Shown here one piece after another: positions 1 through 9,644 of a DNA stretch of 63,778 nucleotides. How positions within the stretch are numbered: the first letter of the stretch is position 1; each line of letters begins with the position of its first letter. The DNA comes from an uncultured Candidatus Saccharibacteria bacterium. Lineage in GTDB: Bacteria > Patescibacteriota > Minisyncoccia > Phycocordibacterales > UBA9973. A program made the position numbers and the translations under genes. Below the pieces are notes generated by a model. It was given only the letters and a program-made list of their open reading frames with translations. It was not told the origin of the DNA and searched no databases. The stretch is from positions 1-63,778 of the forward strand of contig CAYYXE010000002.1 of the NCBI GenBank assembly GCA_964475655.1, read 5' to 3'.

Positions 1-297
1 GTGGTCGAGCTCGCGCTCATGATCCCAAAGGGTCGCGTGACGACGTATGGGCACATCGCGAGAGCGGCAGGTGGCGGAAGTCTTGCATCTCGCTCTGTCA
101 CCGCAATACTTGGAAAAGCACATGACGCAGGTGTTACACAGATCCCGTTTCATCGGATCGTGTATGCGGGTGGCAAAGTCTGGATCAACGATCAGTATCG
201 CGCGAAGCGTCTCAAGCTCTACAAGGAAGAAGGTATCGAGGTCGACAAGAAGGGGAAGGTTCTGAACTTTTGGGATATCTTGTACGAGTTTAAGTAG
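1..297 (+). CDS. MGMT/Ogt-family DNA-binding domain protein without the acceptor cysteine (alkyltransferase-like); may continue upstream of the window
   Basis: Pattern IPKGRVTTYGHIA...SRSVTAILGK...IPFHRIV matches the MGMT C-terminal DNA-binding domain. The canonical PCHRV active site reads PFHRI (Cys replaced by Phe). The ORF begins at window position 1. Confidence 0.65.
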   Translation: MVELALMIPKGRVTTYGHIARAAGGGSLASRSVTAILGKAHDAGVTQIPFHRIVYAGGKVWINDQYRAKRLKLYKEEGIEVDKKGKVLNFWDILYEFK

Positions 298-343
298 GTT
301 GACTTTTGCGCCCTCACGAGTAAAGTGGAGAAAATCTTTTGGT

Positions 344-769
344 ATGCAACCACATGACGAGTTCTTTGCATGTATCGCCCAAAAATATGGAAAGGTGGAA
401 CAGGTAACGTATTGTAGAAATGAAAAAATACCAGTGTACTGGTACACGTTTACGCAATACGGAAGACTCTACCGTGGATTTGAAATAAAAGGTCTCCACA
501 ACATCGTGCTTGGGAAAACATGGGATACTGGACCGATTTGTTATACATTTTTTAAATTTCGCCCTTGCCAGCACGATGACTGGAGTGTTCCTCGATTTTT
601 TGAGATATATATCCTTGCTGGTACATGGTACTCCACGCACGACAGTACTACTCCCAAGATACTAAGACACACCGACGAAAAGAGGAGTTTTATTCCAATC
701 CAGATACTCTTTAGGCGCATACGCAATCACATCTTTGCACACGACCATGCTGCATCGGCTACCCACTAA
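344..769 (+). CDS. hypothetical protein (start uncertain, 299 or 344)
   Basis: Open frame followed immediately by an intrinsic terminator on the same strand. No recognisable motifs. A competing antisense ORF at 314..640 is less well supported. Confidence 0.35.
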   Translation: MQPHDEFFACIAQKYGKVEQVTYCRNEKIPVYWYTFTQYGRLYRGFEIKGLHNIVLGKTWDTGPICYTFFKFRPCQHDDWSVPRFFEIYILAGTWYSTHDSTTPKILRHTDEKRSFIPIQILFRRIRNHIFAHDHAASATH

Positions 770-786
770 GGTAGCCGATTTTTGTT
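754..786 (+). terminator. rho-independent terminator
   Basis: 10-bp stem atcggctacc / ggtagccgat with loop cactaa (contains the TAA stop), followed by a T-run. Confidence 0.6.
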
Positions 787-832
787 TCACACTTTAACTT
801 TCCATTAACTATTTTTTCGTATTATTTGTTCC

Positions 833-2344
833 ATGGCATTTTCGAGAGTGCAGAGTGCGCAGCTGTCGGGACTGGGCGCAGCATCAGTCGTCGTCGAGAC
901 CGATATCAATCGCGGGCTGTATATGTTTCAGATCGTGGGACTTGCCGACAAGGCAGTCGAAGAAAGTCGCGAACGCGTCATCTCGGCTCTACGCAATAGT
1001 CTAGGAAAAAATCCAAAAGCTGAAAACCACAAAGTGATCGTATCACTTTCGCCGGCGGAGCTGCGCAAAGAAGGCGCGTACGTTGATATTGCGATCGCGC
1101 TTGGCTATCTCATTGCAACGGGGGAGCTTCCCGAAAGCGCGACCCCAGCCAACACACTCTTTGTCGGAGAGCTTGCGCTCAATGGCGAAGTGCGCCCCGT
1201 GCGCGGACTCCTCTCGATTGCACAGTGGGCAAAGGCAAACGGTATCACCGCGATATACATACCAGAAGGCAATGAAATCGAAGCAAAGCTTGTCGATGGG
1301 GTTACATGGTACGTGGTCCCGACACTTGCTGCATTGGTCGGACATTTAAACGGAGGCGAGCCGCTCGTGACCGTACGATACGAACCTGTCGAGCATACTG
1401 CACGGTACAACGTCACTGACTTCGGCGACGTGCGCGGGCAGCTCCAGGCCAAGCGAGCACTCACGATCGCCGCAAGCGGCGGACACAATATCGTGCTCTA
1501 CGGTCCACCCGGCACTGGCAAGACGATGCTTGCCAAGGCATTTCACGGCATCATGCCGCCACTTGGGACCGATGAATTCTTGGAGGTCGCAACGATATAC
1601 TCGAGTATCGGGCTCATCGATGACGTGCTCGACGGACTTCCACCACTGCGAAATCCTCATCACTCGGCAAGCCATGTCGCAATCATTGGCGGAGGAACGA
1701 CGCTGCGGCCGGGCGATATCACGCTCGCACATCGCGGGATCCTGTATCTCGATGAATTCCCGGAGTTTGACCGGCGCGTGATCGAGGCGCTGCGTGAGCC
1801 GATCGAAGACGGATCGATCACGGTCGCACGTGCAAAGGGAAGTGTGCGCTATCCCGCGCGATTTATATTGCTTGCAGCAATGAACCCGTGTCCGTGCGGC
1901 TATCGCGGTTCTGGAATAAAGCACTGCTCCTGCTCGGGAGCCGAGATCGCTCGCTACAACAAAAAGCTCTCGGGTCCCATCATCGACCGCATCGACCTCT
2001 GGGTGCCAGTGCAGCACGTCGAGTATGCCACACTCCATGACGACGCGCTTCCACGTGAGAGTGAAGCGATCCGCACCAAGGTCGCACATACGCGCACCAG
2101 AGAGCTCGAGCGATTTGGCAAACTCAACTCTAGCCTCACCTCAAGTGACGTCCAGCAAAAGGCCGGGCTCTCCGAAGACGCGCGCAAGCAGCTCCAAGTC
2201 TATGCCGAGAAACTCAAGCTCTCACCCCGCTCCTACATGCGCACCATCAAAGTCGCCCGCACAATAGCCGACCTCGACAAATCAAATACCATAGAACTCC
2301 CCCACGTCCTCGAAGCACTGCAGTACCGACCAAAGTTTGATTGA
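833..2344 (+). CDS. comM: YifB/ComM family Mg-chelatase-like AAA+ ATPase
   Basis: 503 aa. N-terminal Lon-protease-like domain, Walker A GPPGTGKT, Walker B LYLDEF, Cys-rich insert CPCGYRGSGIKHCSC and a ChlI-like C-terminus. Confidence 0.9.
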   Translation: MAFSRVQSAQLSGLGAASVVVETDINRGLYMFQIVGLADKAVEESRERVISALRNSLGKNPKAENHKVIVSLSPAELRKEGAYVDIAIALGYLIATGELPESATPANTLFVGELALNGEVRPVRGLLSIAQWAKANGITAIYIPEGNEIEAKLVDGVTWYVVPTLAALVGHLNGGEPLVTVRYEPVEHTARYNVTDFGDVRGQLQAKRALTIAASGGHNIVLYGPPGTGKTMLAKAFHGIMPPLGTDEFLEVATIYSSIGLIDDVLDGLPPLRNPHHSASHVAIIGGGTTLRPGDITLAHRGILYLDEFPEFDRRVIEALREPIEDGSITVARAKGSVRYPARFILLAAMNPCPCGYRGSGIKHCSCSGAEIARYNKKLSGPIIDRIDLWVPVQHVEYATLHDDALPRESEAIRTKVAHTRTRELERFGKLNSSLTSSDVQQKAGLSEDARKQLQVYAEKLKLSPRSYMRTIKVARTIADLDKSNTIELPHVLEALQYRPKFD

Positions 2345-2561
2345 GATGCGCATCATTTACACTACACATGCAAAGGAGCGAATGAAGCAGCGCAAGATAC
2401 TACCGCGGGATATTCGAGAAGCTATTCTTCATCCAACGAGTGAGCTCGTTCGGACCGACGGGCTTCATATGGTCAATAAATCGAAAGGGAAACGGGTGCT
2501 TGAAATTATTTGTAAGAAGAGCCATACTACAGCCGTCATTATAACTGCCTATTATTTATGA
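2337..2561 (+). CDS. DUF4258-like small protein (putative toxin-type partner)
   Basis: 74 aa with YTTHAKERMKQRKI..DIREAI, typical of DUF4258. Overlaps the next ORF by 4 nt. Confidence 0.5.
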   Translation: MIEMRIIYTTHAKERMKQRKILPRDIREAILHPTSELVRTDGLHMVNKSKGKRVLEIICKKSHTTAVIITAYYL

Positions 2562-2767
2562 AGATCACTCACGACAAACTAACCGATGCGCTGTATGTAA
2601 CCTTCAAAAAGGGAGTGGTTGCACGCACCCTCAAACTCGAAGACCGACTCCTCGTCGACACCGACAAAAAGGGGTCAATCCTTGGTATCGAGATCCTCAA
2701 TGCCAGTACTCAGATTGCGAACAAAAAACCGATCGAACTCAAGCTCAAAATACCAGCGCTGGCATAA
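2558..2767 (+). CDS. DUF2283-like small protein (putative antitoxin-type partner)
   Basis: 69 aa with YDKLTDALYVTF...VDTDKKGSILGIEILNAS, the DUF2283 pattern. Translationally coupled to the upstream ORF. Confidence 0.55.
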   Translation: MKITHDKLTDALYVTFKKGVVARTLKLEDRLLVDTDKKGSILGIEILNASTQIANKKPIELKLKIPALA

Positions 2768-2782
2768 CCGGGGATTTTATAT

Positions 2783-3856
2783 TTAGAACTTCGTACCAAC
2801 TTTATATTTGAAAAATGGGTTGCCGCCGCAATTGTTTACATTGAAGTGCAGGTGCGGACCGGTCGAGCGCCCGGTGTTGCCTGAGAGTCCAATCGTCTCA
2901 CCCATGCTGACTTTGTCACCCACCGACACTTTGACACTTGAGAGGTGAGAGTACTGCGTCTGACAGCTTCCTTCGTGGTTGATAACGATATAGCTGCCGT
3001 ACCCGCCATTATATCCAGATGATTTTGCAACGATGACGGTGCCATCTTTGAATGAGCTGACTATCGTACCTGTAGGGACACCAAAGTCTACTGCAGTAGC
3101 ATCGTGACGACCCTGCGTGAGAATGCCGTGTACAGGTGTCGCATATGATGAAGAAGTTGCGGTAGTTTCTTTCTTTTCTTCTACCTTTACTGGAGTAGTA
3201 GTTGTCGGTGTTGCAACCTTTTCAGAAGTTTTTGTGGGCGCTACCTTTGGAGTAGTCACGACTTTCTTTGCGGGAGCCTTTGGTGTGACGGGTTCTGCGC
3301 CAGGAATGATAAGCTCGGTGCCCACTTTGATCTTTGCTGCTTCGATGTCGTTGTACTTGAGGATGTCGTCTTGGCTTGCATCAAACTTCGCTGCGATACC
3401 CGAGAGTGTGTCGCCTTTCTTCACAGTGTACTCCACACCTGAGACGGGGAGGATGACCAGCTCGTCTCCAATAGTGATCTTGGATGTTTTCTCGGTGAGG
3501 TCGTTGGCCCAGCGAATCGTGTTTACAGAAATATTGAACTTCTCGGCAATACCCGAGAGTGTGTCGCCGGATTTGACCTTGTAGGTCGTGATGACAGGGG
3601 TAGTGTCTTCTTCGATTGTTTCTTCTTGTGCACTATCAGATGAGACTTCGTCGGCCTCGGGAAGGGATGCTGACTCATCGAGGACCCGAGTCTCGGCACC
3701 TGCCCTAATCGCCACCTGCTTTGTAATAAGATGCGCAATCCCTGCGTTGACCAGGAGAAGGGGAAGTACAATATAGATAAACTTTTTCTTTCCAATAGAT
3801 CGGAAGAATGAACGTTTGGGAACGTCGGACGATCCCGGAGTGTCTTGTTGAACCAT
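2783..3856 (-). CDS. M23 family metallopeptidase with two LysM domains
   Basis: N-terminal TM segment. Two LysM repeats (YKVKSGDTLSGIAEKF, YTVKKGDTLSGIAAKF). C-terminal M23 motifs (HDATAVDF, GNTGRSTGPHLHF). Confidence 0.85.
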   Translation of the reverse strand: MVQQDTPGSSDVPKRSFFRSIGKKKFIYIVLPLLLVNAGIAHLITKQVAIRAGAETRVLDESASLPEADEVSSDSAQEETIEEDTTPVITTYKVKSGDTLSGIAEKFNISVNTIRWANDLTEKTSKITIGDELVILPVSGVEYTVKKGDTLSGIAAKFDASQDDILKYNDIEAAKIKVGTELIIPGAEPVTPKAPAKKVVTTPKVAPTKTSEKVATPTTTTPVKVEEKKETTATSSSYATPVHGILTQGRHDATAVDFGVPTGTIVSSFKDGTVIVAKSSGYNGGYGSYIVINHEGSCQTQYSHLSSVKVSVGDKVSMGETIGLSGNTGRSTGPHLHFNVNNCGGNPFFKYKVGTKF

Positions 3857-4066
3857 AGGTAGAAGACCAGTGTAGCAATCCAAACCAGCAGGTTTGTGAT
3901 TTTGCAATCATTACACATACCCGTCAATAGATTTTGGTGAAAATATGCTTGTTTTTGCGACTTTTGACAACTGGCTCTATATCTCGTGCGGTTCGAATAT
4001 GGCTATATAGCCTTGCAAATACAAGGTTTTTTTATATTTGTGAAAAATCAGGTACACTCTAGTCTT

Positions 4067-5995
4067 ATGGATTTCACCCTCGGCCTCAATGACGCCCAAC
4101 GCCAGGCAGTGCTCACAACTGACGGCCCACTTCTGATCGTGGCAGGGGCAGGGGCAGGCAAGACCAAGACCGTCGTGCATCGCATCGGCCACTTGATACA
4201 TAGCGGAGTCGCTCCGCGTGCAATCCTTGCCGTGACCTTCACCAACAAAGCCGCCAAAGAAATGCGCGAGCGTGTTACGCATATGATAGAGCGCATCGAT
4301 CAAGAGACGCTTGCCCCGCGAAGCTCCGAGAGGAGCGAAGTGGGGCCATTTGTGAGTACCTTTCATAGTCTCGGCGTATTTCTCCTGCGGAAATTTGGCG
4401 CGTTTGGAGGCACAACTCCCAGATTTACGATCCTCGACGACTCCGATACCATGTCGCTCATCAAAGAATCCCTCGCAGCCTTTGGCCTTGACCCCAAAGT
4501 CACTGACCCGAGAAGTGTGCGCAATATCATCAGCCGCTCTGCAAATGCATTTAATACTCCGGACGAACTCGAGAGCTCTGCGAACCCCACCTTTCGCATT
4601 GCCGGCCGCATCTGGCGCAAGTACGAAGCGCTCAAACGCGAGCAAAAGGCGCTCGACTTTGACGACCTCCTCACACAGACGGTGGAGCTGCTGGAGAAAA
4701 ATGAAGAAGCGCGGAAGTGGTGTCACGCGACCTGGAGCCACATCCATATCGATGAATACCAAGACACCAATGAAGTGCAGTATCGCATCGCCAAAGCGCT
4801 TGCCGCTCATACCAAAAATCTCTGTGTCGTAGGAGACAGTGATCAGAGTATTTATTCATGGCGTGGCGCCAACATCAAGAACATCCTCGAATTTGAACAC
4901 GACTATCCAGAGGCCACCGTCGTCGTCCTCGAAGAAAACTACCGCTCGACCAAGACCGTGCTCGCAGCAGCCAACGAAGTCATCGGTCAAAATAAGTATC
5001 GAACACCCAAAAAATTATTTACCAATAATAGTGATGGCTCACTTATCTCTATGTACACTGCGTACGACGAGACTGATGAAGCAAACTTTGTCGTCGAACG
5101 GTGTATCGAACACATCGATAGTGGTGTAGCGCCAAGTGATATCGCCGTATTATTTCGCACCAACTTCCAATCGCGCGCGCTCGAAGAAGCATTTCTCGCA
5201 TACTCGATCCCGTACCAAGTGCTCGGGGTCAGATTCTTTGAGCGCAAAGAAGTCAAAGATGTGCTCTGCTATCTGCGCGCCGCACTCAATCCTGACAGTC
5301 TCATCGATCTCAAGCGCATCATCAATGTCCCCGCGCGCGGCATCGGCAAAGTCACCATCGCAAAAGTATTTGCCAAAGAAGAGCTCAGTGGGAAAGCAAA
5401 AATTTCTGTGGATGGATTTTTCAACATACTTGAGAACATTCGAGACTATCTGAGCACCCATACCGTATCTGAAAGTATCAAGTATGTGATCGAAGAAAGT
5501 GGTATGGAAGCTGCGTACAAAGAAGACTTTGACGGACAAGAACGACTCGAAAATCTCCAAGAACTCGTGACGCTTGCCACTCGCTACGACGCACTCGGGA
5601 CCGAGGCTGGACTCGAAAAGCTGATCGAAGAAGCGACCCTCATGAGCGATCAAGACAACATGGAGTCTGCCAATGGCGTCAAGCTCATGACGATCCACGC
5701 ATCCAAGGGACTGGAATTTGCTACGGTGTTTGTCGTCGGCCTCGAACAAGGGCTTTTCCCCAGCGAGCGCGACAAAGGTGCAACGGGAGCAGATGCGGAA
5801 GAGGAGCGACGACTTATGTACGTAGCAGTCACCCGCGCCCGCCAAAAGCTCTACCTCACCTACGCAAGCATGCGCACTATCTATGGTATGCGCGACATCC
5901 GCATGCCCTCAGAATTTGTCCTCGACATCCCCGAAGAGCTCATCGAACGTGAGACACGCAAGGGTGAAGCAGGGTTTACGACGGTGTTTCTCTAA
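4067..5995 (+). CDS. pcrA: UvrD/PcrA-type ATP-dependent DNA helicase
   Basis: LNDAQRQAV, Walker A AGAGAGKT, DEYQDT, YRS, TIHASKGLEF and VAVTRAR helicase SF1 motifs. Start chosen at MDFTLGLND. Confidence 0.9.
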   Translation: MDFTLGLNDAQRQAVLTTDGPLLIVAGAGAGKTKTVVHRIGHLIHSGVAPRAILAVTFTNKAAKEMRERVTHMIERIDQETLAPRSSERSEVGPFVSTFHSLGVFLLRKFGAFGGTTPRFTILDDSDTMSLIKESLAAFGLDPKVTDPRSVRNIISRSANAFNTPDELESSANPTFRIAGRIWRKYEALKREQKALDFDDLLTQTVELLEKNEEARKWCHATWSHIHIDEYQDTNEVQYRIAKALAAHTKNLCVVGDSDQSIYSWRGANIKNILEFEHDYPEATVVVLEENYRSTKTVLAAANEVIGQNKYRTPKKLFTNNSDGSLISMYTAYDETDEANFVVERCIEHIDSGVAPSDIAVLFRTNFQSRALEEAFLAYSIPYQVLGVRFFERKEVKDVLCYLRAALNPDSLIDLKRIINVPARGIGKVTIAKVFAKEELSGKAKISVDGFFNILENIRDYLSTHTVSESIKYVIEESGMEAAYKEDFDGQERLENLQELVTLATRYDALGTEAGLEKLIEEATLMSDQDNMESANGVKLMTIHASKGLEFATVFVVGLEQGLFPSERDKGATGADAEEERRLMYVAVTRARQKLYLTYASMRTIYGMRDIRMPSEFVLDIPEELIERETRKGEAGFTTVFL

Positions 5996-6056
5996 GGACT
6001 CACGACTTGCTTGACTTTTGGTAAAAAGTCAGTAGTGTAGAGCAAAACTTTGCTAC

Positions 6057-6326
6057 ATGAAAATACCGTTACGTATTACTGCTGTCACTATTATTGCGTC
6101 CACTGTATTGCTATATGTAGTTCATATAGCAACAGCAACCACTGATGTGGAAAATCTTATCAATACATATCTTGCTGGATTCTTCATTGGAACATTTGTG
6201 GTTTTTGCGTTCATGGTTAGTTATGCACTAGCATTTACTGCCGTGTGCCTCGAGAAATCCACAGAAGACGTATCGAGCGAAACCCCTGTTGTAGACATGA
6301 CAACAACAGAGCGGATTGCTATGTAA
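6057..6326 (+). CDS. small membrane protein, hypothetical
   Basis: 89 aa with two predicted hydrophobic helices. No family recognised. Confidence 0.4.
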   Translation: MKIPLRITAVTIIASTVLLYVVHIATATTDVENLINTYLAGFFIGTFVVFAFMVSYALAFTAVCLEKSTEDVSSETPVVDMTTTERIAM

Positions 6327-6372
6327 GAAAATCCTGCGTATTTATATGCAGGATTTTTGTTATAGTAGCGGT

Positions 6373-7095
6373 ATGAGTATCTCAGTATTGATTATTGCTC
6401 ACAATGAAGAGAAACATATCGCACAATGTATCAATTCGGTATTGAATCAAACAGTCCACACCGATGAAATAGTATTGATTGCGCATAACTGCACCGACCA
6501 AACCGAGACTATCGCTCGATCGTTTCCAGGTGTCAAAGTCGTTTCATACCAAGGATTAGACGGTGTACCATATGCTCGCATCAAAGGGTTTGAAGAAGTG
6601 ACAAGGGATATCATTGCGTGTATCGATGGCGATAGTGTTGCGCATCCATCATGGCTCAAACACATTTCACAACCACTTATTGATACTCCACACGTTTCAC
6701 TCGTTGCGGGATATGTGATCCTCACCAACAACCTATGGTCACGAATCACAAGCGCATTTCAATTTATATGGAAGCGAAAAATTCTGAGACAAAACACAAG
6801 TCTCTTTGCGTGGGGATCCAACTTCGCGTGTCGCAAGAATGACTATGCACGCGTCGGCGGCATCGCACCAGTCGTTTCACTCAAAGAGACATTACCCCTT
6901 CATTTTTGGGCAGAAGATTTGTATATCTCTCGCGCACTTATGCAGATCGGTCGCATACACATCGCACTTACCGCCAAAACCTACACCACGCTTCCGTGTT
7001 GGAAACTTGACCTACACACCGCACCACTGAAACAGTGGCAAGAAGATAATAGAAAGGTTGTTGTGTATTTTGAAAATAAAAATAACCAACAATAA
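6373..7095 (+). CDS. family 2 glycosyltransferase
   Basis: ISVLIIAHNEEKHIAQCINSVLNQT followed by a DGD motif (IDGDS), typical of the GT2 N-terminal Rossmann-like domain. Confidence 0.8.
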   Translation: MSISVLIIAHNEEKHIAQCINSVLNQTVHTDEIVLIAHNCTDQTETIARSFPGVKVVSYQGLDGVPYARIKGFEEVTRDIIACIDGDSVAHPSWLKHISQPLIDTPHVSLVAGYVILTNNLWSRITSAFQFIWKRKILRQNTSLFAWGSNFACRKNDYARVGGIAPVVSLKETLPLHFWAEDLYISRALMQIGRIHIALTAKTYTTLPCWKLDLHTAPLKQWQEDNRKVVVYFENKNNQQ

Positions 7096-7149
7096 GTTGG
7101 CTATTTTGCAATCTGACTGAAAGTGATTTAGATAATAGAAAATTGTGTT

Positions 7150-7497
7150 TTACAAATCAAATGTAATAGCTATTTCTTTATTTGAAGCAGTTAACAATTC
7201 AACAACTACTTTACTTTGTTGTTCATCTACTTTTTTTATTTTTGCAAGCTCGTGATTTGCATAATAAAAATCTTCTCCTTGAAATACCATATTATATAGA
7301 GCACCTGGCTGTTCTTCGTTGTCCTTAAAAATTATTAGGAGTGACCTACTTACTCCAAACATCGGATCAGGGGATGATGTGGCAATCACAAGTGCCCAAG
7401 ATCCGTCTTTAGAGGTATAGATATCCTCTTGTGAACAATCTGTTTCTTTGAGAGACAGGTTTATTTTTTCTGTAAGAGCTATTGTTGTCTTTTCCAT
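7150..7497 (-). CDS. hypothetical protein (AT-rich orphan)
   Basis: 115-aa ORF filling the gap between convergent/divergent neighbours. No motif recognised. Confidence 0.45.
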   Translation of the reverse strand: MEKTTIALTEKINLSLKETDCSQEDIYTSKDGSWALVIATSSPDPMFGVSRSLLIIFKDNEEQPGALYNMVFQGEDFYYANHELAKIKKVDEQQSKVVVELLTASNKEIAITFDL

Positions 7498-7578
7498 ATA
7501 CTTATTTTTTATTTGAATGAATTTGTTTTAAATTACCATATAATGCAATTAAGTCAAATCGATGCTATAGTAGTCTCT

Positions 7579-8376
7579 ATGCGAGCAAAGAAATCCCTCG
7601 GGCAACATTTCTTAAAGAGCGAGAAGGCGCTGCGCCAGATCATTGAAGCGGGCACTTTGTCTATGAAAGACACCGTGCTCGAGATCGGTCCCGGCACGGG
7701 CGTCCTTACCAACCAACTTTTGCAAAAGGCAGGCAAAGTTGTCGCAGTCGAGAAAGACCGCGAGCTCATCCATTATCTGACACAGACCTACACGAGTGAC
7801 CTGGAGACCAAAAAGCTCACCATCCTCGACCAAGACATCCTCGCCTTTGATCCGACTACCATGCAGTGGTACGGCAAGAGCTATAAACTCATCGCCAACA
7901 TCCCGTACTACATTACTGGCGCAATTATCGAACAATTTTTGAGCGCCACCTTCCAACCTTCTACTATGGTGCTGCTTATACAGAAAGAAGTCGCGGAGCG
8001 TATCATTGCGCGAGACCGCAAGGAAAGTGTGCTCTCTATCGCAGTCAAAGCATACGGCACACCGCGAATCATCGACAAGGTCCCCAAGGGCGCCTTTGCA
8101 CCCGCTCCTAAGGTCGACTCGGCAATCATAGTTATCGAGGGCATTTCACGCGCATGTTTCACAGACTGTGACGAGGCGGCATTTTTTGCGCTCCTGAAGT
8201 TTATCTTTGGGCGCAAGCGCAAGCAGATAGGGGGAAGTTTGGCAGAATACTTAAATAATAAACCTCGTGCACAAGAGATACTCGCAACACTCTCGATCGA
8301 TCCCAAGACTCGCCCCGAAGATCTCGCGCTCGACTCCTGGAAATCTCTTGCGCAGCACATAGATGGTGTACAATGA
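7579..8376 (+). CDS. rsmA: 16S rRNA (adenine1518/1519-N6)-dimethyltransferase
   Basis: KKSLGQHFL, SAM motif EIGPGTG and NIPYYIT. Start chosen at MRAKKSLGQ. Confidence 0.9.
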   Translation: MRAKKSLGQHFLKSEKALRQIIEAGTLSMKDTVLEIGPGTGVLTNQLLQKAGKVVAVEKDRELIHYLTQTYTSDLETKKLTILDQDILAFDPTTMQWYGKSYKLIANIPYYITGAIIEQFLSATFQPSTMVLLIQKEVAERIIARDRKESVLSIAVKAYGTPRIIDKVPKGAFAPAPKVDSAIIVIEGISRACFTDCDEAAFFALLKFIFGRKRKQIGGSLAEYLNNKPRAQEILATLSIDPKTRPEDLALDSWKSLAQHIDGVQ

Positions 8377-8380
8377 GTGC

Positions 8381-8749
8381 ATGAAGCATCATAGATATAT
8401 TGCGATCGCGCTCCTTCTCGTCATCATCGCAGTGCCTGTCATCGCGTTTGCACAATTTGGCAGTACATCTCTTTCGTTTATGAGATCAATCGGAGGTCGA
8501 GTGGCATCGGTCGGTCCAACTGCAGCCATACAATACTGCTTGGGTATCGGTCCTATCACTATCCAGCCATTTATATCTGGTGCCCAGCAGGAGCCGTATT
8601 TTATTAGAGTTGCGGCCAATGGCACTCCTCGCGTCGGGGGATATATTCTCGGGCTCTACAATCCGGTACCAGATGGAGGAAGCTGCTACAATGCAAGCGG
8701 TGTACCCGTCCCCGCATATGAGATCACCCTCTACGGCGTGTCTCGCTAA
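8381..8749 (+). CDS. small secreted protein, hypothetical (first gene of the T4SS-like operon)
   Basis: N-terminal signal-like segment IAIALLLVIIAVPVIAFA. No family recognised. Confidence 0.5.
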   Translation: MKHHRYIAIALLLVIIAVPVIAFAQFGSTSLSFMRSIGGRVASVGPTAAIQYCLGIGPITIQPFISGAQQEPYFIRVAANGTPRVGGYILGLYNPVPDGGSCYNASGVPVPAYEITLYGVSR

Positions 8750-8754
8750 TACCT

Positions 8755-9633
8755 ATGCCAGAGCACTCCATGCGTCCGAGCAAACAGTTCATCATACGAG
8801 GATCCCTCACTGTCGGCATCGTTGCTGTTATCCTTGTTGTACAAACTACCTGGTTCAAAAACCTCTTTCATAAGAAGGCAAACGCTCCTGCGCCGGTCAC
8901 TGTAGGGGACATCATTACCCAAGACTCCAACCAAAACGGCATTGCTGACTGGGAAGAAAAGCTCTGGGGGCTTGATCCGACTGTGCTCTATACCAAAGGC
9001 GTATCCAACAAGCAGATTATTGAAAATAAAAAAAAGGCGCTCGGCGTGCCTGACTCTGCAAGTGAGCCCGCCAATGAGACCGACCGTCTTGCCCGAGAGC
9101 TCTTTAGTCTCACGGCAGCGCTTGGCCAGTCAGAGGCAGTCGATGATGCAACCCTCAAGCAAATCGCCGCAAAGATAGGCGCATCAGTCAATGTAAATAC
9201 GACGATCACCCAGTACACGACACGCGACCTCACCATTGTCCCGACCACGGTACAGAGTCTACAGAAGTACCAACAGACTATGACCTCTCTCCTTGCTCGT
9301 CAAAAGCCCGTGGGAGATATTGATGTCTTTGCCACTGCACTCCAAACTGAAGATCCTGCTACCGTAGCGTCTCTTGCCGCATCAGTTGCCTCATATGCAT
9401 CGCTGGCCAAAGATCTCCGCGCAGTACCGGTCCCGATCGGCGTCGCCAAGTATCACCTGGACATCATCAATAGCTTTGCGGGCATCACGACATCGTTTGA
9501 ATACATGCAAGAGCTTGCCGACAACTCAGTCGTGGCACTCGTCGGCGTCGCCACCTACAAAACATACAGCGCACGACTCGACACCGCAGTCGTCGGCATG
9601 AGAGCATATCTCTCGCGATACGGTATACTCTAA
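8755..9633 (+). CDS. membrane-anchored hypothetical protein
   Basis: 292 aa with an N-terminal TM (LTVGIVAVILVV). Only a 5-nt gap to the upstream ORF. Confidence 0.5.
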   Translation: MPEHSMRPSKQFIIRGSLTVGIVAVILVVQTTWFKNLFHKKANAPAPVTVGDIITQDSNQNGIADWEEKLWGLDPTVLYTKGVSNKQIIENKKKALGVPDSASEPANETDRLARELFSLTAALGQSEAVDDATLKQIAAKIGASVNVNTTITQYTTRDLTIVPTTVQSLQKYQQTMTSLLARQKPVGDIDVFATALQTEDPATVASLAASVASYASLAKDLRAVPVPIGVAKYHLDIINSFAGITTSFEYMQELADNSVVALVGVATYKTYSARLDTAVVGMRAYLSRYGIL

Positions 9634-9644
9634 GTATCTCTAGT

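Noticed and set aside
314-640. 108-aa minus-strand ORF competing with the 299/344..769 + strand ORF
   Set aside because: The + strand ORF is followed by a same-strand intrinsic terminator and fits the flanking gene orientation. Neither ORF has motifs, so the + call is kept only at low confidence.
4001-4033. Palindrome GGCTATATAGCC followed by hairpin CCTTG-CAAATA-CAAGG and a T-run in the divergent M23/uvrD promoter region
   Set aside because: It looks like a + strand terminator, but no upstream + strand gene exists. It may be a leader or attenuator or chance, and there was too little evidence to call it.
3977-4810. 277-aa minus-strand ORF overlapping the uvrD/pcrA 5' region (similar cases: 1346..2089 in comM, 5150..5845 in uvrD)
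   Set aside because: The + strand frames carry unmistakable helicase and AAA+ motifs. The antisense ORFs have no motifs and are typical of moderately GC-rich coding DNA.
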